Source: Patescibacteria group bacterium (GTDB taxonomy: Bacteria; Patescibacteriota; Patescibacteriia; UBA2591; UBA6264). From it: 64,000 nucleotides of DNA. The translations under genes were made by a program, and so were the position numbers. The notes beneath the pieces are model-generated. The model was not told where the DNA came from. It saw only the letters and a list, made by a program, of their open reading frames with translations, and ran no database searches. The number at the start of each line of letters is the position of its first letter. Position 1 is the stretch's first letter. Positions 10,028-17,683 of this stretch are shown piece after piece. The DNA lies in the NCBI GenBank assembly GCA_028713575.1, contig JAQTOB010000003.1, positions 1,951 to 65,950 of the forward strand. Reading direction: 5' to 3'.

Positions 10028-11068
10028 ATGATGATTCTTGATAATTTATCAAAAATTAAAAAGTTAGACAAATCAAACATGGCCGGATTTATTGCTGAAT
10101 TCCCTCAAAAATGCCAACAAGCTTATAAAGAAGCGCAAAAAATCAGCCTGTCAAAAGAATATAAAAACGTCAAAAACGTGATTATTTGCGCTCTGGGAGG
10201 TTCGGCAATTAGCGGAGAATTAAGTAAGGGCCTGTCTGATCAACTAAAAAAACCAATTATTATTAATCGTAGTGAAAATTTGCCCAATTCAACAGACAAA
10301 GATTCTTTGGTTGTTTTAATAAGTTATTCCGGGAACACTCAAGAGGTTCTCCTTTGTGGCCAAGAGGCTAAACAAAGAAAAAGTAAAATTTTTATTATTA
10401 CTCAAGGCGGGAAATTAAAAATTTTTGGGAAACAAAATAATTTCCCCATGTTTAATTTTGCCTATCCCGCTCCACCTCGAGCTGGCTTGGCTTATCTCTT
10501 AATGCCCTTGTTGGTTATTTTTGAAAAAATTGGATTGATTAAAAAAAATTCTTTAAAAATAAATAAAAAATTGCAAAATTTTTGTCAAAATTTGAACCCT
10601 CAAACGTTAACGAAAAAAAATCTTGCCAAATATTTGGCCTACGCAATGTTTGATCGTTTGCCCATCATTATCGCTCCGCCTGAATTAGTCAGTGTGGCCT
10701 ATCGATGGAAAACACAAATGGCTGAAAATGCAAAATCTTTCTTATTTTTTGAGGCCAAGCCAGAAATATTCCATAATTTCATTGAAAGCGTATTTCCAAA
10801 AAGATTAAACGATGAATTTATTTTTTTAATTTTCAATGACATCAAAAAAAATTATTTAAATAAAAAATCTTCAAAAATACTTGAAAATTTTTTAAAAGAA
10901 AAATTTTGTTGGGAAAAAGTGCCGTTCTTTGGACAAGACGCCCTAACTCAAACATTTTCTTTGATTTTGCTGGGGGACTGGATTAGTTTTTATCTTGCCC
11001 TGCTTAATGAAGTTGACCCTTCGCCGGTTAGACAAATAAAAAAATTTAAAAAACATTTAAATGAATAA
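10028..11068 (+). CDS. SIS-domain bifunctional phosphoglucose/phosphomannose isomerase-like protein
   Basis: SIS-like GGSAISG ... LISYSGNT blocks. About 340 aa, which matches the archaeal-type PGI/PMI family. Confidence 0.5.
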   Translation: MMILDNLSKIKKLDKSNMAGFIAEFPQKCQQAYKEAQKISLSKEYKNVKNVIICALGGSAISGELSKGLSDQLKKPIIINRSENLPNSTDKDSLVVLISYSGNTQEVLLCGQEAKQRKSKIFIITQGGKLKIFGKQNNFPMFNFAYPAPPRAGLAYLLMPLLVIFEKIGLIKKNSLKINKKLQNFCQNLNPQTLTKKNLAKYLAYAMFDRLPIIIAPPELVSVAYRWKTQMAENAKSFLFFEAKPEIFHNFIESVFPKRLNDEFIFLIFNDIKKNYLNKKSSKILENFLKEKFCWEKVPFFGQDALTQTFSLILLGDWISFYLALLNEVDPSPVRQIKKFKKHLNE

Positions 11069-12797
11069 TTTTTTAACATATAATTTAAAAAATTGGGATT
11101 GGTTAAAATATTTTTTTATTTTTTCTTTTAGCTTTATTGTTTTTCTTTATTTACTCGTTCCTCCGGGTATCTTATGTCCAGACGGCTTTTTCCATACTAA
11201 AATGGCTTTATTGTTGAAAGAGCAAGGAGTGATAAAAAATTTCCCCTGGACTCAATTCACCACTTATAAAGACCTTTTTGTTGACCATCATTTTCTTTAC
11301 CACTTATTTCTCGTTCCCTTCTTAAGTTTGCCCTCTCCTCAAAATATGGATATTTTTTCCCTGGAAACAGATTTTTTAATTAAAGCTAAATTGGCTACCG
11401 CATTTTTAGCCAGCCTGACATTTTTAATCCTTTATTGGTTTTGCCGACGAATGAAAATAAAAGGGTCTTTAATTTGGACGATGACAGGATTTTTAATCCC
11501 CGCTTTTCTTTTCCGCCTTTCTTTAATCAGAGCACCGGGAATTTCTATTATAATATTATTGTTAAGTTTTTATTTCATTCTAAAAAATAAATATTCCCCG
11601 CTTTTTCTTTTATCTTTTATTTATGTTTGGACCTACGGCGCCTGGCCACTGCTGATAATAGTAATTTTTTTGTATTGCTTCGCCGGGGCGTGCCAAAAAT
11701 TAAACAACCAAAGAAATGAAATATACCAGAAAATCAAAAATCAAAAATCAAAATGTAAAATTAAAATTCAAAATTCAAAAATTTTTAAAATTTATATTGT
11801 CATTTTGCATTTTATATTTTGCATTTTGCATTTTATACGCTCTATTTTTTCTAAAAACAACATAAAACTCATTATTGCCTGTATGGGGGGGATATTCGTT
11901 GGTCTTGTCGTCAATCCTTATTTCCCAAAAACCTTCCCTTTTTATTGGCTACAAACATTTAAAATCGCTTTTTTAAATTATCAAAGTAAAATCGGCGTCG
12001 GCGCCGAATGGTATCCTCCTAATTTAAAAACTTTTTTTATTAATGTTCTCCCTGTTTTTATCCCCTGGATAATCTCCTGGGCTTGGTTTGCTTTTAAAAT
12101 AAAAAAACATAAAAAATCTTCCTGGTTTTTCGGTTTTATTTCCTTGTTTTTCTTTTTTTACACCCTAAAATCTTTTCGCAATATTGAATATTTTATTCCC
12201 TTCTCCATTGTTTTTAATGGTCTTATTTTCTCTCAAATTATTAAAAAAATAAATTGGCAAGATATTAAAAATAATTTTAAGGCCTGTTTTAATGGACCAA
12301 ATAATATTTTTTATTTTATCGCCGGACTTTTTTTAATTGTCTGTGTTAGCATTTCATTTGGTTTTTATTTAAATTCAAGCATTAAAAATCTTCATCAAGA
12401 ATATCAAAGAAACGGCCGACCGTTAAATCATTTACAAATGGCCTCTACTTGGTTAAAAAATCATGCCAATCCCGAAGAAATAGTTTTTCAAAGCAATTGG
12501 GGAATTTTCCCACAATTGTTTTATTTTAATTCGCAAAACTATTACATTAATGGTTTGGACCAAACATTTATGTATGAATATAGCAAAGAATTATATCAGG
12601 ATTGGTTTGATTTAGTTGCTTACAAAACAGGTCCGGAAAAAGCGGCTAAAATTTTGAAAGAAAATTTCAAGGCTAGCTATGTTTTGGCAGACAAAAATGA
12701 TGAACGTTTTGTCAAGCTAATTAAAAAATCAATCGGATTAATAGAAGTATATCAAGATGAACAAGCGATAATTTACCGAATAAATTATGTCAATTAA
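11061..12797 (+). CDS. large polytopic membrane protein, possible GT-C-type (PMT/ArnT-like) glycosyltransferase
   Basis: At least 10 predicted TM helices. Sits directly upstream of, and overlapping, a Dpm1-like GT2 gene. No catalytic motif confidently identified. Confidence 0.35.
   Translation: MNNFLTYNLKNWDWLKYFFIFSFSFIVFLYLLVPPGILCPDGFFHTKMALLLKEQGVIKNFPWTQFTTYKDLFVDHHFLYHLFLVPFLSLPSPQNMDIFSLETDFLIKAKLATAFLASLTFLILYWFCRRMKIKGSLIWTMTGFLIPAFLFRLSLIRAPGISIIILLLSFYFILKNKYSPLFLLSFIYVWTYGAWPLLIIVIFLYCFAGACQKLNNQRNEIYQKIKNQKSKCKIKIQNSKIFKIYIVILHFIFCILHFIRSIFSKNNIKLIIACMGGIFVGLVVNPYFPKTFPFYWLQTFKIAFLNYQSKIGVGAEWYPPNLKTFFINVLPVFIPWIISWAWFAFKIKKHKKSSWFFGFISLFFFFYTLKSFRNIEYFIPFSIVFNGLIFSQIIKKINWQDIKNNFKACFNGPNNIFYFIAGLFLIVCVSISFGFYLNSSIKNLHQEYQRNGRPLNHLQMASTWLKNHANPEEIVFQSNWGIFPQLFYFNSQNYYINGLDQTFMYEYSKELYQDWFDLVAYKTGPEKAAKILKENFKASYVLADKNDERFVKLIKKSIGLIEVYQDEQAIIYRINYVN
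11731..11845 (+). repeat. in-frame simple-sequence tract (AAAATC)x3 ... (TTTTGCA)-type repeats inside a membrane-protein gene
   Basis: Direct reading: aaaatcaaaaatcaaaaatcaaaatg ... ttttgcattttatattttgcattttgcatttt. Confidence 0.6.
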
Positions 12798-13545
12798 AGC
12801 TCCAAATTATAAAACAATTGCTGTTTTGCCGGCCTATAATGCGGAAAAAACATTAGAAAAAACCTTGGCAGACATTGATCAAAATTGGATTGATAAAATC
12901 ATTTTGGTTGATGACGCCAGCACGGATAAAACCGTGGAAATTGCGAAAAATTGCGGGATAGAAACATTTAAACACGAAAAAAATCTCGGTTATGGCGGAA
13001 ATCAAAAAACTTGTTATAAGAAGGCGCTGGAAAGAGGGGCGGACATTGTGATTATGATTCATCCTGACCACCAATACGACCCCACCTACATCCCTCAAAT
13101 TGTTCTTCCAATTATCCGCGGTCAGGCTGACGCGGTTTTTGGTTCTCGCATGATGGTTAAAGGTTGGGCGCGGGAAGGGGGAATGCCCGGGTGGAAATAC
13201 TGGGCCAATATATTTTTAACCAAAATAGAAAATTTAATTTTAAGACTTCATTTGACTGAATACCATTCCGGCTTTCGCGCTTACCGGAAAGAAATTTTAC
13301 AAACCATTCCTTTTAATCTAAATTCTAATGATTTTGTTTTTGATACGGAAATTATTATCCAAATTAAAATCCATAAATTCCGAATTATGGAAATTCCCAT
13401 TACCACCCGTTATTTCAAAGATGCCTCTTCTGTTGGTTTAAAAAAAAGCGTTGTCTATGGCTTGTCTATTTTGAATCGCCTGATTAAATATATTCTGAGT
13501 AAAATCAAAATAAGAAAAGAGCTTCGGTTCCGATTAAAAACGTAA
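12787..13545 (+). CDS. GT2 glycosyltransferase, polyprenol-phosphate mannose/glucose synthase-like (Dpm1/ArnC/GtrB family)
   Basis: IAVLPAYNAEKTL ... ILVDDASTDKT ... DxD region, typical GT-A fold family 2. 252 aa. Confidence 0.75.
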   Translation: MSIKAPNYKTIAVLPAYNAEKTLEKTLADIDQNWIDKIILVDDASTDKTVEIAKNCGIETFKHEKNLGYGGNQKTCYKKALERGADIVIMIHPDHQYDPTYIPQIVLPIIRGQADAVFGSRMMVKGWAREGGMPGWKYWANIFLTKIENLILRLHLTEYHSGFRAYRKEILQTIPFNLNSNDFVFDTEIIIQIKIHKFRIMEIPITTRYFKDASSVGLKKSVVYGLSILNRLIKYILSKIKIRKELRFRLKT

Positions 13546-13566
13546 AATGCAAATCTCAAAGTATGA

Positions 13567-13626
13567 CCCGCCCGCGCAGGCAAGAATAAAAATGTAAAAT
13601 TTTAATTTTGTCCGTCAGTTGACGGA
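13567..13626. repeat. GC-rich palindrome module (GCCCGCGCAGGC ... TCCGTCAGTTGACGGA), related copy at 38359-38393
   Basis: 16-mer near-palindrome tccgtcagttgacgga at 13611-13626 preceded by a GC-rich block. Conspicuous in an AT-rich intergenic region. Confidence 0.5.
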
Positions 13627-13694
13627 TTACTCTTTGATACCTAAATTTTAAATCAGGAACGGATGAGTGTTTTATAAAAAACTTTACTTCCTAT

Positions 13695-15311
13695 ATGACT
13701 ATTAAAAATTTAATTAAAAATATTTCTTGGAAGGACTGGCTGTTTCTGATTGGGATGGCTTTTTTAGTGATTTTAGCCACCACTGTTCCTTATTTTTATG
13801 GTTATTCCAAAGCAAATGAAAATACTTATTTTTTGGCCATTCCGTCTTTAAACGAATTTGATTATCCAAATTATTTTTCTTACATTGAGCAAGTCCGACA
13901 AGGACATTTTTTATTTGAAGATTATTATACGACTGAAGCGCAACCGCGCGTTATCCTGAATTTATTTTTTCTTGCCCTCGGCCTAATTGCCAAATTCTCT
14001 CACTTGTCCGCCATAGCTATCTTCCATCTTGTCCGCGTTTTCCTGATTCCTATTTTTATCTTTGTTTTTTATCTTTTCCTAAAATTTTTGTTCCAAGAAA
14101 AAATCAAACAAAAAATATGTTTAATTTTAATTTGTTTTTCCAGCGGCTGGGGATTTATTCTTTATTCCTTATCTTCTATTTATAAACAATCAATGGATTT
14201 GTGGGTTCCTGAAGCCGTTACTTTTCTCAGTTTTTATACTAACCCGCTTTTTATTTTTTCTTTGACTTTAATTGTTCTGATTTTCTTTTTAATGCTTTTG
14301 TCCGCTGTTAATAAGAATTATCGCTATGCCATTGCGGCCGGGCTGGTTGGTTTAATTCTTTTCCAAATTCATCCTTATCATTTGCCGACTGTTTTTTCTG
14401 TTTTAATCGTTTTTTGGCTAATAATTTGTCTGCGCGAAAAAAAAATAAATTGGTTATTTTTTAAATACGGTTTAATTTTCTTTTTTCTTTCTCTCCCTCC
14501 TGTTTTGTATTATTATTGGCTTTCTTCTTCTCATTGGCTAACAGTCCATCGCATCAGTCAGGCAACCCCTGCTGGCCTCACTCCTCCTTTCTGGCCATTT
14601 CTTATTAGTTATGGTTTACTTTGGCCATTGGCCTTTGTTGGTATTTATCCTGTTGTTAAAAATAAAAAAAAATATATTTCTGTTTTTCTCCCCGTTTGGC
14701 TAATTACTCATATTATTCTGGTTTATTTGCCTTTTCCCCTGCAAAGAAAATTAACAGAAGGTCTTCATTTAGTCCTTTGTTTAATGGCCACAGAGGGAAT
14801 TTTCTTTATTTGGCAAAAAATAAAAGAAAAAAAAATCTTTAAATTTTTTAAAAATAAATTCTTATTTTATGTTTTATTTTTGTTTTTCTTTTCTCTTTCA
14901 AATGTCTTTATTCTAAGCAAAGACATATTCCTTTTTTCTGACCCTGGCTTTTCCTTGCCCAAAAAAGCAATGGAGCCAATGCTTTGGTTAAAAAATAATT
15001 CATCAGAAGATGCAAAAGTTTTAAGCGTCAAAAATTTATATCTTCACAATTTAATTCCTGCTTTTAGTGTCAGAAAAGTTTTTGCCGGCCATAGTTTTGA
15101 AACCGCTTATTATCAAAACAAAATTAAAGAAATTGATTGGTTTTTTAATACCAATATTAACGATGACGAAAAAGAAAAATTTTTAAAAAAAAATGGCTTG
15201 AATTATATTTTATTTTATAAAAACGGCAATTATTCTTTTAGGCCGAATGAAAAAAAATATTTAAAATTGGTCTTTGAAAACGAATTAATCAATATTTATC
15301 AAAATCAATAA
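13695..15311 (+). CDS. large polytopic membrane protein (second putative GT-C-like / glycan-processing membrane protein)
   Basis: 538 aa with many TM helices. Same locus as the GT2 gene. Confidence 0.35.
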   Translation: MTIKNLIKNISWKDWLFLIGMAFLVILATTVPYFYGYSKANENTYFLAIPSLNEFDYPNYFSYIEQVRQGHFLFEDYYTTEAQPRVILNLFFLALGLIAKFSHLSAIAIFHLVRVFLIPIFIFVFYLFLKFLFQEKIKQKICLILICFSSGWGFILYSLSSIYKQSMDLWVPEAVTFLSFYTNPLFIFSLTLIVLIFFLMLLSAVNKNYRYAIAAGLVGLILFQIHPYHLPTVFSVLIVFWLIICLREKKINWLFFKYGLIFFFLSLPPVLYYYWLSSSHWLTVHRISQATPAGLTPPFWPFLISYGLLWPLAFVGIYPVVKNKKKYISVFLPVWLITHIILVYLPFPLQRKLTEGLHLVLCLMATEGIFFIWQKIKEKKIFKFFKNKFLFYVLFLFFFSLSNVFILSKDIFLFSDPGFSLPKKAMEPMLWLKNNSSEDAKVLSVKNLYLHNLIPAFSVRKVFAGHSFETAYYQNKIKEIDWFFNTNINDDEKEKFLKKNGLNYILFYKNGNYSFRPNEKKYLKLVFENELINIYQNQ

Positions 15312-15369
15312 AAACAAAAGCGTGATTCATTAAATCGCGCTTCTGTTAAAATGTATCAATTTCTTAAGT

Positions 15370-15798
15370 CTAAGAAAAATATTTTATCAACATCATTGAG
15401 CTGGATGGGCCGGGTTTACTGGGTTTACTGGTTGCTTTTGATAAATTTTCAATCACAAAACGGGAAATTGCGTATGCAAGGACAATAATAATCAATCCAA
15501 TAAAAGCGTTTTGAAAAAGCGCTTTGGCTTTTTTAACTTGGTCTTCCTTGCCGCCGGCAGTCATCCACATAATGCCCCCAATAATAACCAAAATTAACAA
15601 AAACACTCCCGTTAAGGTAAAAATCGTTCCCATAATCTTCCCTGTAATTGCGCTAATATCCCGTTGTTCTCCTAATTTAGCGCTATCTGCCACTTTATCA
15701 AGTTCCTCTAATTGAGCAGAAACATTTAAAGGGATTAGGAAAAAAATCATTAAAACCAAAACAAACAATTTGCCTTTTTTTGGATTAAAAATTCTCAT
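15370..15798 (-). CDS. small secreted two-TM protein, TrbC/VirB2-like (T4SS-pilin-like) family, paralog 1
   Basis: Signal peptide (..NVSA|QLEEL), then two hydrophobic helices separated by a short loop: VIIGGIMWMTAGGKEDQVKKAKA. Confidence 0.5.
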   Translation of the reverse strand: MRIFNPKKGKLFVLVLMIFFLIPLNVSAQLEELDKVADSAKLGEQRDISAITGKIMGTIFTLTGVFLLILVIIGGIMWMTAGGKEDQVKKAKALFQNAFIGLIIIVLAYAISRFVIENLSKATSKPSKPGPSSSMMLIKYFS

Positions 15799-15806
15799 AA
15801 ATTAAA

Positions 15807-16190
15807 CTATGCTTCAGTTACCTCAACTATATTGCTGATAACAAAGGTAGCAATGGCATAGGCCAAAACAACAATTATTAGCCCTACCAAAGCAGAACCA
15901 ATTAATTTTTTAGCGCTTTTAATTTTGTCCTCATTTCCAGCTGAGGCCATCCACTGAAATCCGCCGATAATAACCAAAACAACGGCCACTAAGCCAAGAA
16001 GGCTTAAAACAATTTTAATAATATTCCCCACCACTTCGGTTATGCTGGCTTCACCATAACCGGCTACTTCGCGAAAATTCTGTACATAATTATTGCCCAG
16101 GTCCAAATTACTGGTCTGCGCTAATAAGGCTGAAGGAGCTAAAGCCGAAACAATGGCGACTAAAGCAATTAATGATAAAAATTTTTTCAT
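15807..16190 (-). CDS. TrbC/VirB2-like pilin-like protein, paralog 2
   Basis: Signal peptide, then VIIGGFQWMASAGNEDKIKSAKK loop between two TM helices. Confidence 0.5.
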   Translation of the reverse strand: MKKFLSLIALVAIVSALAPSALLAQTSNLDLGNNYVQNFREVAGYGEASITEVVGNIIKIVLSLLGLVAVVLVIIGGFQWMASAGNEDKIKSAKKLIGSALVGLIIVVLAYAIATFVISNIVEVTEA

Positions 16191-16361
16191 TTTAAAGCTC
16201 TTTTGCTTCTACCTCCTGGAAGCAATTTATTAATTCGACCTTAGATTAATTATATTACATATATATTTTATATATAAACAAAATCATTAAATTTGTCAAT
16301 CCTTTTATATAATAATCTAAAAAAAATAAAGAATCAATGTTAAAAAGTGGATATCTTTTTT

Positions 16362-16706
16362 TTATTTAAGAAAAGCTTCTATAATAAAACGGGTGATGGC
16401 ATAACTAAAAAACACCAAACCCATGCCCAATATGGCCCAAACCAAAGTGTCTTTCCCTTTTTTAATTTTTTCCGCTGAACCGCCGGAAGTCATCCATGTT
16501 ATCCCGCCGACAATAAACATCACCAAAGCAATCACGCCGACAAATCTTAAAACATATTGGATAATACTGGCCGCCAAAGCGGAAATGTCTTTGTTTCCCA
16601 AGGGGTCTTCAATTGAAGGAACCTCGTCGGCTAAGGCAACTCCAAATAAAAACAATTGAATTAAAATTAATCCTAATAATATTTTTTTGTTTTTTTGTTG
16701 TTTCAT
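16362..16706 (-). CDS. TrbC/VirB2-like pilin-like protein, paralog 3
   Basis: FIVGGITWMTSGGSAEKIKKGKD loop between two TM helices. Confidence 0.5.
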   Translation of the reverse strand: MKQQKNKKILLGLILIQLFLFGVALADEVPSIEDPLGNKDISALAASIIQYVLRFVGVIALVMFIVGGITWMTSGGSAEKIKKGKDTLVWAILGMGLVFFSYAITRFIIEAFLK

Positions 16707-16724
16707 AAAAATAAATTTATTTTA

Positions 16725-17501
16725 TTAGGGGGAACAGGGTTTGCTGTCTAGACTTTCAAATATTTTTTTATAGGTATCTGGTCCAACCAAGCCGTCCACT
16801 TCTAAATTATTGGCGGATTGAAATCTTTTAGTGCACTCTTTTGTGTCTGAACCAAACTTACCGTCCGCCACGCCACAATTACATCCCAATTGATTCAGCT
16901 CATCCTGATAAATTTTTACCGCCTCGCCCCGGCAACCTTGTCCTGCTCCGGTCCAAATACAACCATAACACCAGGACTTATTCTTTGTAGGGGGGACCAA
17001 ACAGGCCGGCCATTCTGTTTCCTTTTGTGTCGTTTGGTTTGATAAAAGTCTTTCTGTCCCTAAGGCTTGCATTATCACTTTTACAATAGTAAAAGAAATT
17101 AAAATAATCACTAATCCGATAATTGCGCCCCTGACAATGTCTTTTCCTTTTTTAACTTTGTCTTGCGAACCGCCGGAAGTCATCCAAACAATACCGCCAA
17201 TAATTAAAAATAATATGGCAAAAACACCGGAAAACTTTAAAATTTTGTCCGCCAAATTAATGAATATTGTAACCATATCATTTAAGGTGCAATCTCCACA
17301 ACAGGCACACTCGGGGCGAGAAATAAATAAACCGACATAACAATTATCGTATCTTTTTCCCTGGCAAGTACAATTATAATACGTATTGCCTTCTTTGTCT
17401 GTTTGGGGGCTACCGCAATCTGAAACAGCATAAACCGAAGATGTCAAGCCAAACATAAAAATAAGTATTAAAAATGCTAAAATTTTCTTTTTAAAAAACA
17501 T
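16725..17501 (-). CDS. pilin-like two-TM core fused to N-terminal Cys-rich module and C-terminal PG_binding_1 peptidoglycan-binding domain
   Basis: Core LIIGGIVWMTSGGSQDKVKKGKD. N-terminus CGSPQTDKEGNTYYNCTCQGKRYDNCY...CACCGDC. C-terminus GVADGKFGSDTKECTKRFQSANNLEVDGLVGPDTYKKI matches the PG_binding_1 consensus. Confidence 0.5.
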   Translation of the reverse strand: MFFKKKILAFLILIFMFGLTSSVYAVSDCGSPQTDKEGNTYYNCTCQGKRYDNCYVGLFISRPECACCGDCTLNDMVTIFINLADKILKFSGVFAILFLIIGGIVWMTSGGSQDKVKKGKDIVRGAIIGLVIILISFTIVKVIMQALGTERLLSNQTTQKETEWPACLVPPTKNKSWCYGCIWTGAGQGCRGEAVKIYQDELNQLGCNCGVADGKFGSDTKECTKRFQSANNLEVDGLVGPDTYKKIFESLDSKPCSP

Positions 17502-17561
17502 AAAATTGACGTTAAGAATTAATTTAGTTGGGCATTTACGGGTTTAAACAAAGAAAACGCA

Positions 17562-17596
17562 AAATGTCAGCTTAAAATGTCAAAATTCAAATGTCA
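17562..17596 (-). promoter_or_regulatory. three direct repeats containing TTGACA (-35-like hexamers) upstream of the pilin-like array
   Basis: aaatgtca at 17562, 17575 and 17589, spaced 13-14 bp. On the minus strand these read TTTGACATTT. Confidence 0.3.
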
Positions 17597-17683
17597 AATA
17601 AAAGTTTGAATTTTTAATTTGACTTGTCGTTAAAAATTTAAATTTTAACGTTTATTTCGCATATTCTAATGTTAAATTAACTT

